In this document: piece by piece, positions 30,746 to 40,489 of the stretch | Position numbering within the stretch: the first letter of the stretch is position 1 | Layout: every line of letters begins with the position of its first letter | Assembly: GCA_965242695.1 (NCBI GenBank) | Contig: CBDESU010000001.1 | Span: 1,664,001-1,728,000 of the forward strand | DNA from: Cenarchaeum sp. | GTDB taxonomy: Archaea; Thermoproteota; Nitrososphaeria; Nitrososphaerales; Nitrosopumilaceae | Direction of reading: 5' to 3' | Length of the DNA: 64,000 nt | Made by a program: the position numbers and the translations under genes | The notes under the pieces: generated by a model | The model's input: only the letters and a program-made list of their open reading frames with translations | Databases searched by the model: none | What the model was told of the DNA's origin: nothing

Positions 30746-30767
30746 CCTTTATGCCGTTCGATCGGCC
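30746..30767 (-). promoter_or_regulatory. Shared 22-bp promoter element (copy 2)
   Basis: Identical to 21799-21820. Confidence 0.8.
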
Positions 30768-31136
30768 GCCGGCCCGCCAGAGGTGCCGCCGCACGCCTCC
30801 CCCCCCCCTCCTCCCCGTCCGCGCCCCGCAGCCCTGCGGCCGCCGCGTGCCTCCTGCCCTGCACCATGGAGTCCTTTTCGCAGGCGGGCGGGCGAAATGC
30901 GCGATCAATCGCAAGCGCCAGGCGCATGGGACGGGCGTCCGGGCGGCACTTCCGGCCGCGCCCACGGCCGCATGCATGGGCATCGCCGCCGATCCCCGCG
31001 GGCGGCGGCAAAATGCTGGCGGTATTGCACGGCAAGTATCAGAGAGAGGTCGCCGCGCATGCTGTAGTCCTTTGCCCGCTGCAGCCGTGTGCGGGAAAGC
31101 GCCCAAGAGGCGGCAGGCGCCGCTCCCTGTGCGCAG

Positions 31137-31290
31137 TCACTTGGATGTCGCAATGCGGCGGCTGCGGCCGGCGCCGCAGTACTCTTCCATGCACGCATCG
31201 AGCGGCATGTGCCGTGCCAAGAGCGACGCGGACACGGCATCCAGCATCGCAAAGCGGGCTGCGCGCGCATATGGCCCATCGCCGGCCGGC
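31137..31290 (-). pseudogene. Decayed copy of the 3' end of the CADD/PqqC-like gene
   Basis: tcacttgg...cagtactcttccatgca...gagcgacgcggac.cggcatccagcatcgca matches 32911 to ~33058, including the stop codon. Confidence 0.85.
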
Positions 31291-31443
31291 CACGCCTAGC
31301 AGAGCGGGTGTCAGAGCAGCGTGCGCTCCCCGTCATGCGGCCTGTCGAGGCCGCGGCCCTGTTCTGGCACTGCCCTGCGGCCGCCGCGGCCCTTCCCGGT
31401 GCGAGGCAAGCCGGCCGCCCGCCGCACGTCCGCAGGACGTCCG

Positions 31444-32241
31444 CTACCTGCCCCTCGCATCCACCCTGTTGGCCGACGCCATGGCCCTTCTCCAAGCATC
31501 CGCGGCCTCTTGAACGTCGGGCCCGGCGGGCTCGCGCGCCGCGGCGGCGGCCGCCGCTGCCGACTTCTCGGCCAGGGCTGCGGTCAGATTCACCGCCCTT
31601 GCCGCAACCTCCACCGCATCCTTGGAGCGCCTTGCCTTTTCGGCCGACCATGCGCTCGCCTCCTTGACATTCTCCCACGAGTCGGCCTGCGCCAGGTCCA
31701 TCGATCGCCGATCGCCGTCCCACTTGCATCCGATCGCAGACCACTTGGCCGCGCTTGCCGCCAGCGTGTCGTGTCCCCGCTTCATCATCTTCGCTTCGTC
31801 GCTAGCTCTCTCCACCCACTCGTCTGCAAGGAGCGCATGCTCGCGCGACTTTGCCGCCCAGGTGCGCATCACCCCGGCGTTTTTCTGATCGCCGGCCCTC
31901 TCGTATGCCAGGGCCGCCCGCCTCATCTCGGCTGCCGCTGCCCTGGCAAGCCTGGACGACCGCCTGAACGCGTCCGCGGCCCGCCCCGCCGATGCCATGC
32001 CCCGCTTCATTGCCTCCGCGGCCCGCGCCATCGAGTCCGTGTCCATCCTGTCCGGATCGCGTATTATCCGTCCGCGTTCCTCCGTAGACCGCTTCATTGC
32101 ACTGGCAGCCTTGGCATAGGCCGCCCACGCCTTCTGGAACCGCTTGTGCGCCGCATGCGTGTGCATCGACCCCGCCCACGCCCTCGCATTGGCTGCCGCC
32201 GCCCACAGCGTGGCCGCCGCATCCGGCCGTTCGCCGCCCAT
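31444..32241 (-). CDS. Ala-rich helical protein, paralogue 3
   Basis: Paralogous to copies 1 and 2; shares AEMRRAALAYERAGDQKNA and the C-terminal DARGR with copy 2. Confidence 0.8.
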   Translation of the reverse strand: MGGERPDAAATLWAAAANARAWAGSMHTHAAHKRFQKAWAAYAKAASAMKRSTEERGRIIRDPDRMDTDSMARAAEAMKRGMASAGRAADAFRRSSRLARAAAAEMRRAALAYERAGDQKNAGVMRTWAAKSREHALLADEWVERASDEAKMMKRGHDTLAASAAKWSAIGCKWDGDRRSMDLAQADSWENVKEASAWSAEKARRSKDAVEVAARAVNLTAALAEKSAAAAAAAAREPAGPDVQEAADAWRRAMASANRVDARGR

Positions 32242-32262
32242 GCCCCGCCGCCCCGCAGGCCG

Positions 32263-32284
32263 CCTTTATGCCGTTCGATCGGCC
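32263..32284 (-). promoter_or_regulatory. Shared 22-bp promoter element (copy 3)
   Basis: Identical to 21799-21820. Confidence 0.8.
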
Positions 32285-32325
32285 CGCGGCGCCCGCCGGC
32301 GCCGCGGTCTTCTGCGGCCGCGGCA

Positions 32326-32524
32326 TCAGTCCGCCCGTATGCTGGATCGGGCGCGGCTGCCAAGGCGCACTGCATGCCACGCGCCGGCGGCCGGCGCTAC
32401 AGCGTACGTGCCTGCAACAAGGGCGATCGCCATCGCGCCGAACGCGGCAACGCCGGGCTCGGACTCCGCCTCGGCCAGATCGACTACCTGGAGGGCAAGG
32501 AGCATCGGGCGACGAGGGCGGGCA
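32326..32524 (-). pseudogene. Remnant 3' end of a CFI-box-CTERM surface gene
   Basis: Translates PMLLALQVVDLAE..IALVAG..AGAW.AVRLG.RARS.IRAD*, nearly the same as the C-terminus at 21864 to ~22063. Confidence 0.88.
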
Positions 32525-32910
32525 GTCCTTCCCCCATACCGGACTATGACCTGTTTAGGATGCTTTGGCAGTTCGAGCCAAGGTGCCGCGCGGGGCTTGA
32601 ATAGCCGGCCGCTGGGCTGCATTTTGAGAGCCGGCGTGCGGGTATGGCAGGCGCGCCGCCGCCCCGCCGCCGCCCGTCACCGCCGCCCCGGCCCCATGAC
32701 ATCGGACAGCAGGGCAAAGTCCGAGCTGGACAGGCCGGCCAAGTCCGCATGCGATGCGATTGCGGACACGGCGATGCGGCGCCACTCGGGCATCCCAGCC
32801 TACAGGCGCCGCGCGGCCCTCCGCCAGTAGTGCGCCGGCTCGCCCCTCCCAGGCGGTGTGCCACGTATTCGGCGAACAATGCGCAGCGGGCGGAGCCGCG
32901 CCGCGCGCGA

Positions 32911-33606
32911 TCACTTGGCGGCCGAGCTGCCGCCGGTTGCACAGTACTCTTCCATGCATGCGTCAAGCAGCAGGTGCTGGGCCGAGAGCGACGCGGACGC
33001 GGCATCCAGCATCGCAGAACGGGCCGCGCGCGCATCCGGCCCCTCGCCTGCCGCACCGTCGAGCCCCTCGATGATCCCCCTCCACGACGCCGCATGCCTC
33101 ACGTCGGCCTCCGTATGCAGGACAAAGTACTCTATAGCGTCGTCGGCGTCGATGCCGTAAAACTCGGCGAGCCCCTCCATCTTTGTGCGGCTTATCTTTG
33201 GCAGCTCCTTTTCAAAGGCGTACATTGCGCACGCTCCGGCCGCGTACCCCGACGACGCGAGCGAGACCATCGCATCGACCGCCCGCGCGGTCTTTTCCAG
33301 CCCGCGGTGCGACTCTAGCTCCTCCCGGCCGACGCCGAGCGATGCGGCAAAGCCGGCCCACGGCCGTATGTGGTCGCGCTCCTCGGCCATGTTGGCCTCC
33401 AGCTCGGGCCTCTCCCCGGCCGGCGCGGCGGCGACGATCGGCGCCATCATCCTCGGGACGGCCTTTACGAGCTGGTAGTACTCCTTCGAGTAGCCCGCAA
33501 GCGACGGCATAGACAGCTCGCCCGCGGACCACGCCTCGTAGAACGGGTGCCTGAGCAGCGTGCGCTCCTCTATCATGCGGTCTATCGCGCCCGCTACCGT
33601 GCCCAT
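32911..33606 (-). CDS. CADD/PqqC/TenA-like diiron helical protein
   Basis: LLRHPFYEAWSAGEL, EERDH, YAFE, HTEADVRH ligand pattern. Confidence 0.88.
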   Translation of the reverse strand: MGTVAGAIDRMIEERTLLRHPFYEAWSAGELSMPSLAGYSKEYYQLVKAVPRMMAPIVAAAPAGERPELEANMAEERDHIRPWAGFAASLGVGREELESHRGLEKTARAVDAMVSLASSGYAAGACAMYAFEKELPKISRTKMEGLAEFYGIDADDAIEYFVLHTEADVRHAASWRGIIEGLDGAAGEGPDARAARSAMLDAASASLSAQHLLLDACMEEYCATGGSSAAK

Positions 33607-33803
33607 CGGCGGGCGCGGCGCCGGGCAGGTAATTAATCGTTGCCGGCGGCGCGCCGGCGCGGTGCAGGGCCGCGGCTCCTAGGCGTCCCCCGCGCGGGGC
33701 GCCCGCGAGGGCCGGCAGGCGCGGGGCGCCCGCGGCGGCCCAGGGGCGCCCGCGGCAGCCCGCATGCATTGCTTTAATTGCGAGCGCCGCGCGGCCCTGC
33801 CGT

Positions 33804-33897
33804 GCTCCTGTGGTGTAGTCCGGTCCAGCATACTGCCCTTTCAAGGCAGTGATCCCGGGTTCAAAGTCTAGCGATGAAAGTCCCGGCGGGAGCACCA
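33804..33897 (+). tRNA. tRNA-Glu(TTC) with 15-nt intron at 59/60 (33866-33880), CCA encoded
   Basis: Acceptor GCTCCTG/CGGGAGC, anticodon arm CTGCC-CTTTCAA-GGCAG, T stem CCGGG/CCCGG around a 22-nt loop that forms a BHB. Confidence 0.93.
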
Positions 33898-33945
33898 CAG
33901 TTTAATTATCCGCCCGGCCGCCCCCGCCCCGGCAGGCAGCACACC

Positions 33946-34800
33946 TTGGTTGCGGATGAGAAGAGGGCCGTCCCGCTCATGGGCGCGTACGAAGAGTACG
34001 TGCGGCGCATCGACGGCGCCCTAGAGTCCGAGCTGTCCCTGTACGCGCAGTCCGAGTTCATCGCCCCCCTGAGGTACGCCCTCGGCGGCGGCAAGCGCAT
34101 CCGGCCCATAATCCTCGTCCTTGCCGCCGAGAGCGTCGGGCGCGCCGACGGCAACGCCTACACCGCATCGTGCGCCGTCGAGCTGCTCCACACCGAGTCG
34201 GTCATACACGACGACATCATCGACAACGAGACGGACCGGAGGGGAGGCGACCCGTTCCACATAAAGTACGGGTACAACGCGAGCATACTCACCGGCGACT
34301 TTGTCCTCGGCCTCATACTGAGCATATCGTCAAAGCTCAACCGCCCGCGCATCACAAAGGACCTGGCCACGACGGCCATGCTCATGAGCGAGGGCGAGCT
34401 CATCGAGGAGCGCCTCGAGTCGAGCGGCGACGTCACGTTCGACGACTACCTAAAGGTCATCGAGTACAAGACTGCCACCGCGTTCGAGGTGGCCGCCAGG
34501 ATAGGCGCCGTCATCGGCGGCGGCACGGACGAGCAGGTGGAGTCGCTCACAAAGTTCGGCCGCAACATCGGCATCGCGTACCAGATCAGGGACGACCTGA
34601 CCGACTGGAAGAACGAGGACAAGCTCTTCAACCTGCTCATCAAGAAGAGCAACGATCCGCGCGACGTGTTCGACCGGATGGAGGACATGCTAAAGTCGTA
34701 CTCGGGCAGGGCGCGTGCCGGGCTGAGGGGCGTGCCCGAGGGGCCCGCCAGGGACAACCTCGAGGCGCTCGTCGAGTTTACGATGTACAGCAAGCCGTGA
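33946..34800 (+). CDS. Polyprenyl diphosphate synthase
   Basis: GGKRIRP, HDDIID..RRG, YKTA, YQIRDD. Start is TTG 33946 or ATG 33979. Confidence 0.93.
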   Translation: MVADEKRAVPLMGAYEEYVRRIDGALESELSLYAQSEFIAPLRYALGGGKRIRPIILVLAAESVGRADGNAYTASCAVELLHTESVIHDDIIDNETDRRGGDPFHIKYGYNASILTGDFVLGLILSISSKLNRPRITKDLATTAMLMSEGELIEERLESSGDVTFDDYLKVIEYKTATAFEVAARIGAVIGGGTDEQVESLTKFGRNIGIAYQIRDDLTDWKNEDKLFNLLIKKSNDPRDVFDRMEDMLKSYSGRARAGLRGVPEGPARDNLEALVEFTMYSKP

Positions 34801-34808
34801 CGGAGCGG

Positions 34809-36314
34809 CTACGGCGATCCGGCCGCGATGGGCACAAACACGGGCGCGGCGCTCTCGGCGAGCTGTATGAGCGGCTCGGGGTACACGCCGAACCCGACCA
34901 TGAACAGGATCGAGAATATCATTACGGCGACGACCGGCCGCGGCTCCGACCTTACCCTCTTTTGGTCCTCGCCCTCAAAGTACATCTTGCGGATTATCCA
35001 GCCATAGTACGCCAGCGACAGGGCGCTGTTGAGGACGCCGGCTACCGCAAGCCACGGGGCCCAGCCGGCCGCGGCCGACGAGACCTGCCCGGCGTCGAGC
35101 GCGCCGCCAAACAGCATCAGCTTGCTCCAGAACCCGTTGAGCGGCGGCACGCCGGCGAGTGCGAGCATCGAGATCACCAGGCCGAGCGACGTGATCGGCA
35201 TGCGCCGCCCCAGGCCGCGCAGCTTGTCCAGGTGCGTGACGGCCAGGGCCGCCGCAATGCCGGCGAGCGCGATGAACGCGGCGCCCTTCATGACGGCGTG
35301 GTTGAGCACGTGCAGCATGGCACCCGCCATCCCGACGCCCGAGTAGGGCGCTATAGACAGGCCGATGAGGATGTAGCCGGCGTGCCCGATGCTAGAGTAC
35401 GCCAGCATGCGGGCGAGGTTCTTTTGCATGATGGCAGCCACGTTGCCGACCGTCATCGTCATGACGGCGATGATGCCCAGCGCCAGCGTCCAGTCGAGCT
35501 GGAGCGCGGCCGCGCCGATCAGGACGACGCGCAGCGCGGCGGCAAAGCCGGCCTTCTTCGTGCCGGCGGCGAGCAGCGCCGCCACCGGCGGGGGCGAGCC
35601 CTCGTACGCGTCGGGCAGCCACATGTGGAACGGGACCAGGCCCATCTTGAAGCCGAACCCCGCGATGAACAGGCCGGCGGCGAGCAGTCCGAGGGGCAAA
35701 AACTCGGCGTCGAGCGCCGCAAAGCCGGCGAGGACCTCGGCGATGTTCGTAGAGCCGGTCAGCCCGTACGCTATCGAGATGCCGTATATGATGAGCGCCG
35801 ATGCGAGGGCCCCGAACAGAAAGTACTTTATGGCAGCCTCGTTCGAGCTCGGGTTGCGCTTGTGGAAGGCGGCGAGCACGTACGTCGGTATGCTCATCAG
35901 CTCCCAGGCGACGAACAGCATGACAAGGTCCGTCGAGTACGCGACGAGGACCATCCCTATCGCGGATAGCAGTATGAGGGAATAGTAGACGGCGTGGTGC
36001 CGCATGCGGCGCATGTAGGTTATCGAGCCGGCCGTCGTCATTATGGCGACGATGAGCATCGCGATCGCAAAGAAGCCGCCGAACATGTCGTCCGACACGA
36101 CGTCCTCGGAGAGCAGTACAGACGGCATGACCTGCTCGGTGGCCACCTGGTACACGGCGTACCCGATGGCCGCCACGAGCGCCCCGAACGCGATCGCCGC
36201 GTAGAACGAGTTGGACCCGCGCTCCTTGCGCGCGATGCTGATCAGCGGCAGTACGACGCCGACTGTCCCGAGTATGGCCACGATGACCATCGGCGTAGAG
36301 GTCGCCTCGATCAT
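34809..36314 (-). CDS. nuoN: NADH-quinone oxidoreductase subunit N
   Basis: SNEAAIKYF, FKMGLVPFHMWLPDAYEG, RMLAYSSIGH. Confidence 0.95.
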   Translation of the reverse strand: MIEATSTPMVIVAILGTVGVVLPLISIARKERGSNSFYAAIAFGALVAAIGYAVYQVATEQVMPSVLLSEDVVSDDMFGGFFAIAMLIVAIMTTAGSITYMRRMRHHAVYYSLILLSAIGMVLVAYSTDLVMLFVAWELMSIPTYVLAAFHKRNPSSNEAAIKYFLFGALASALIIYGISIAYGLTGSTNIAEVLAGFAALDAEFLPLGLLAAGLFIAGFGFKMGLVPFHMWLPDAYEGSPPPVAALLAAGTKKAGFAAALRVVLIGAAALQLDWTLALGIIAVMTMTVGNVAAIMQKNLARMLAYSSIGHAGYILIGLSIAPYSGVGMAGAMLHVLNHAVMKGAAFIALAGIAAALAVTHLDKLRGLGRRMPITSLGLVISMLALAGVPPLNGFWSKLMLFGGALDAGQVSSAAAGWAPWLAVAGVLNSALSLAYYGWIIRKMYFEGEDQKRVRSEPRPVVAVMIFSILFMVGFGVYPEPLIQLAESAAPVFVPIAAGSP

Positions 36315-36423
36315 GGCCGGCCGCCCCCTGTCCGCTCCGCCGGAGCCGCGGCCGATGCCGGTGCCGCCGGTGCCTTCGTCGCCATGCCCACGATCGTATC
36401 CATTTCAGCCACCACACATACAC

Positions 36424-38505
36424 CTACATCAAAAGTATCAGCACCACGAACAGCAGCCCCGCCCCGAACACGAACAGGTACGACTGCGAGACGCCCGTCT
36501 GCGTGCCCTGCACGACCCGGGCCCCCCACCCGGCGGCGCGCTCAAAGCCCACGTTCATGCCGCGGTCGATCGCGGTCTTTTCAAAGTAGCGGAAGACGCC
36601 GCGGGCGACCCACAGCGGGGCGACGACGAATGCCCAGTATACCATCGCGTTGAGGTACCACCTGTTGAGGAGCAGCTTGTGGATTCCGTAGAAGACGGGG
36701 TTTGACGCGACGAACCGCGCGGGGTCGACCCAGCGGCCGATGTAGAACACGTACCCGAGCCCAATGCCGACCGAGAACGCGACGAGCGACGCCCCGAGCG
36801 CGACGGGGTTTATCCCGGCGAGCATGCCGCCGAGGGCGCCCGCGGCATAGTCCTCGTGGGGCGTGTGTATGCCGAACGAGTCCTCTAGGTACACCTCGAA
36901 CAGGTGGTGCATGCCGCCCTCGACGGACAGTCCGATCAGGCCGAGCCCGATGGTGAACGCGGCGAGTATGCCGTACGGCGCCCACATGGACAGGGGCGCC
37001 TCGTGGACCTGGCGGCCGGACGCCTCCATCCTGCGCACGTGCTCGCTCTTTGGCCCAAAGAAGACCATGCCGATCATGCGCGTCGTGTAGAACGCGGTAA
37101 TGACCGCCGCCAGGACGGCCATCGAGAATATGGGCAGGGCCCAGGCGTTCGACGACTCGTAGACGGCGGCAAATATGGCGTCCTTGCTCCAGAACCCCGT
37201 CGTGATGAACGGCGCGCCCATCAGGGCCAGGCCGGCGGCCCACATGAACGCGTGCGTCTTGCGCATGTGCCTGCGCAGCCCGCCCATGTCCGTCATGAAC
37301 CGCGAGCCGACCACGTGTAGCAGCGAGCCGGCGGCCATGAACAGCGACGCCTTGAACATGGCGTGCGAGACGAGGTGGAAGAAGCCGGCCGTGTACCCGT
37401 CGACGAACCTCTCGGACAGGCCGGCCACGCCGAGGGCCATCATCATGTAGCCGATCTGCGAGCCCGTAGAGTAGGCGAGGACCTTTTTGATCTCGGGGTT
37501 GGCCATGCCCTGCGTGGCGAGCAGGAGTGCCGTGACGGCGCCGACCCACGCGATGACCTCGAAGAACTGGACCGCGAGTATGCCGGCGGCCGAGAGGGCA
37601 AAGAACAGCGGGCCGAGGCGGGCGACAAGGAACACGCCTGCCTTTACCATGGTCGCCGCGTGTATGAGGGCAGAGACGGCCGTCGGGCCGGTCATCGCCT
37701 CTAGCAGCCACTCGTTGAGCGGGAACTGCGCCGACTTGCCGATCGCGCCGCCGAACAGCAGGACGGCGGCGGGCACGAGCAGGCCGGCCGCGGACATCTC
37801 GACGGCCCACGCCGTCTCGGTCGCAAGCTCGCGGAAGCCGAACGTGCCGGCGTACGCGAATATGAGCAGCATGCCGGCGATCATCATGACGTCGCCGACC
37901 TTTGTCATGATGAACGCCTTCATGCCCGCGTGCGTCGGCGAGTAGTAGTCTAGCAGGCCGAGGACGCTGCGCCCCTCGCGGCCGACGTGGTCCTTTTTCT
38001 TGTCGCGGTACCAGAAGCTGATGAGCGCGTACGAGGCGAGCCCGACCCCCTCCCAGCCGAAGAAGACCTGGAGCAGGTTGTCGGACAGGACGATCAGCTG
38101 CATCGAGCCGATGAAGAACGACATCCAGAACCAGAACCGCACCAGGCTGCGGTCGCCCTTCATGTAGCCGGTGCTGTATATCAGGATGAGCAGCGATATC
38201 CACGCGACCACGTTGGCCATGATGACGGCGAGCGGGTCGGCCAGGACGCCGGCCTTTAGGCCGATCGCGTCGATCCACCCGATCTGGTCGTGGACCTCGC
38301 GCGCCTCTAGCGCGCCGCCGAGCAGCGAGGCGGCCGAGACGGCGCTTGCCAGGGCCAGCGCGATCGCGACGTAGCCGGTGGCCCTGACAGACGCCTTGCC
38401 GACGGCAGGTATTATCAGGGCGGCGACGAACGGCAGTATCCACACGAGCCAGGCGCCCTGCGCGCCTAGGTCGAACGGGAGGGCAAACGCCGCCTCTGCC
38501 GCCAT
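36424..38505 (-). CDS. nuoL: NADH-quinone oxidoreductase subunit L
   Basis: WEGVGLASY, GKSAQFPL.WL..AM.GPT.VSALIHAATMV, KKVLAYST. Confidence 0.96.
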   Translation of the reverse strand: MAAEAAFALPFDLGAQGAWLVWILPFVAALIIPAVGKASVRATGYVAIALALASAVSAASLLGGALEAREVHDQIGWIDAIGLKAGVLADPLAVIMANVVAWISLLILIYSTGYMKGDRSLVRFWFWMSFFIGSMQLIVLSDNLLQVFFGWEGVGLASYALISFWYRDKKKDHVGREGRSVLGLLDYYSPTHAGMKAFIMTKVGDVMMIAGMLLIFAYAGTFGFRELATETAWAVEMSAAGLLVPAAVLLFGGAIGKSAQFPLNEWLLEAMTGPTAVSALIHAATMVKAGVFLVARLGPLFFALSAAGILAVQFFEVIAWVGAVTALLLATQGMANPEIKKVLAYSTGSQIGYMMMALGVAGLSERFVDGYTAGFFHLVSHAMFKASLFMAAGSLLHVVGSRFMTDMGGLRRHMRKTHAFMWAAGLALMGAPFITTGFWSKDAIFAAVYESSNAWALPIFSMAVLAAVITAFYTTRMIGMVFFGPKSEHVRRMEASGRQVHEAPLSMWAPYGILAAFTIGLGLIGLSVEGGMHHLFEVYLEDSFGIHTPHEDYAAGALGGMLAGINPVALGASLVAFSVGIGLGYVFYIGRWVDPARFVASNPVFYGIHKLLLNRWYLNAMVYWAFVVAPLWVARGVFRYFEKTAIDRGMNVGFERAAGWGARVVQGTQTGVSQSYLFVFGAGLLFVVLILLM

Positions 38506-40176
38506 CTACGGCGCACCTCCCATTGCGGCCGCCGCGGCCGGCTGCGCGGCCCCGACGACCCCCTCCATGTACGGGACTATCCCCTGGAGGAATATGTCGG
38601 GGTATATTCCAAGGACGACGGTGAAGCCTGCCAGGACCATCATCGGGGCCGTCATGTACCAGTTCGCCTCCTTGACGTGCGCTATCTTTTCGGGGATCTT
38701 GCCAAAGAAGACGCGCTTTAGCATCCACAGCATGTACGACATGGTGAGGGCCGTGGCGACCAGGCCGAGCCCGAACGTGGCGAACCGCAGCGTAGAGCCC
38801 TCGGCGATGGCGGTCTCGATCGCGCCGTAAAAGACGATCCACTCGCCCATGAACCCGCTCGTCGGGGGCACGCCCATGATGGTCAGGGCCCCGATGACGG
38901 CGCACACGGCCGTTATCGGCATGCGGCCGGCCAGCCCGCCGAGCTTTGAGATGCTGCGCGTGCCGACCTGCACGATGATGACGCCGGCCGTCATGAAGAG
39001 CAGCCCCTTGCCGAGCGCGTGCGTAATGTACATCATCTCGGCGCCGGCCAGCCCTAGCGCAGAGTACGTGCCGATGCCGAACAGCAGGTACCCCATCTGG
39101 CTCACGCTAGAGTATGCGAGCATCCGCTTGAGGTCGTCCTGCATGAGGGCCATGGCGCCGCCGTATATCATCGTGACAAGCCCCCACACATGGAACCATA
39201 TCGCAAGCTCGGCGTACTGCATGGGCAGGAACTCTACGATGAGGCGGAATATGCCGTACGCGCCGATCCCGATCATGACGGGCGAGAGGAGCGCGCTGAT
39301 CGGCGTCGGCGCCGCGCCGTGCACCCAGGGCAGCCATATGTGGAACATGAACGCGGCCAGCTTTACGCCTAGGCCGATGGCAATGGCCACGGCGGCGAGC
39401 ATGACGACGTCGGCCGGGATCGCCGCCTCGTCGATGTCGGCAAAGTCGTAGCTGCCCACGCTCAGCCCGATCGTGAGGAAGCCGAGCAGAAGGACGACGG
39501 CGCCGACGTGCGTCCAGAACAGGAACATGAGCGCGATGCGCCGGCGCGGCCCGTCGCCCCAGAACGCGACCAGGAAGAAGCCGGGTATGAGCATGACCTC
39601 GAAGAAGATGTAGAACTCGATGAGGTTCGTGGCCAAGATGGTGCCGAGCATGCCCATGGCGAACACGAGGAACAGCGCATAGTAGACGCCGGACTGGTGG
39701 TTTACGTACCTCTCGAGATCGGCCTTGTCGTGCGGCGGCGCGGCCGCACCGGCGTAGCCGCCGCCCTGCGCACCGAGGCTCTGGCCGGAGCGCGGCGATG
39801 CGCCGGCCGCCGCCTCGGCCTGCAGGGCCCCGCCGCCGTGCCTTGCATGGTACATTTCGTGGAACTTGTGGATCATGTACGGCTTTGAGTACAGGGCCAG
39901 GATGGCGCTGAGCACGTAGATCATGATGGCAAACGGCGATGCCAGGCCGTCCATGAGCAGGCCGAACTCGCCGAACATCGTGGTCCACGGGTAGTGCTCC
40001 TCGTACGTGCCGCCCTCTAGCGCGACCATTACGACGAGGACCGAGCAGTACAGCAGTATGCCAAACGTCAGCCACGTCGCCGCAGTCGGGCCGGCCCGCC
40101 GCCCCACAAGGTACGCAACGGGCGAGAGCAGGAGCGGTATGAAGACGGCCTGCAGAAGAGAGTACTCCATCGCCAT
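38506..40176 (-). CDS. nuoM: NADH-quinone oxidoreductase subunit M
   Basis: FYIFFEVMLIP, HIWLPWVHGAAPT, DLKRMLAYSSVSQMG. Confidence 0.95.
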   Translation of the reverse strand: MAMEYSLLQAVFIPLLLSPVAYLVGRRAGPTAATWLTFGILLYCSVLVVMVALEGGTYEEHYPWTTMFGEFGLLMDGLASPFAIMIYVLSAILALYSKPYMIHKFHEMYHARHGGGALQAEAAAGASPRSGQSLGAQGGGYAGAAAPPHDKADLERYVNHQSGVYYALFLVFAMGMLGTILATNLIEFYIFFEVMLIPGFFLVAFWGDGPRRRIALMFLFWTHVGAVVLLLGFLTIGLSVGSYDFADIDEAAIPADVVMLAAVAIAIGLGVKLAAFMFHIWLPWVHGAAPTPISALLSPVMIGIGAYGIFRLIVEFLPMQYAELAIWFHVWGLVTMIYGGAMALMQDDLKRMLAYSSVSQMGYLLFGIGTYSALGLAGAEMMYITHALGKGLLFMTAGVIIVQVGTRSISKLGGLAGRMPITAVCAVIGALTIMGVPPTSGFMGEWIVFYGAIETAIAEGSTLRFATFGLGLVATALTMSYMLWMLKRVFFGKIPEKIAHVKEANWYMTAPMMVLAGFTVVLGIYPDIFLQGIVPYMEGVVGAAQPAAAAAMGGAP

Positions 40177-40178
40177 GC

Positions 40179-40484
40179 CTATCCCCTCAGGCTCCTAAAC
40201 TCGGCAACGTCGACGTTGCGGTACATGCGGTAGGCCACTATGATCAGCGACAGGCCGACGGCGACCTCGGCCGCCGCGATGCCGATCGAGAACAGTGCCA
40301 GCGTCTGCCCCCCGCTGTCGGGCAAAAACCTGGCGAACGCGACAAGGTTGAGGTTTGCCGCGTTGATTACGATCTCGACGGCAAAGAGCATGCGGATGAA
40401 GTTGCGCTTTACGGACAGGCCGTATATGCCGATGGCCAGGAGTGCAACGGATACGAGTGCAAAGTCCACCAGCTCTCCGGCCAT
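40179..40484 (-). CDS. nuoK: NADH-quinone oxidoreductase subunit K
   Basis: IGIYG, EIVINAANLN, AAAEVAVGL. Confidence 0.95.
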   Translation of the reverse strand: MAGELVDFALVSVALLAIGIYGLSVKRNFIRMLFAVEIVINAANLNLVAFARFLPDSGGQTLALFSIGIAAAEVAVGLSLIIVAYRMYRNVDVAEFRSLRG

Positions 40485-40489
40485 GCGAG

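Noticed and set aside
9222-33606. PQQ biosynthesis pathway
   Set aside because: The PqqC-like gene fits the CADD/TenA-like group, and no pqqA/B/D/E genes are present.
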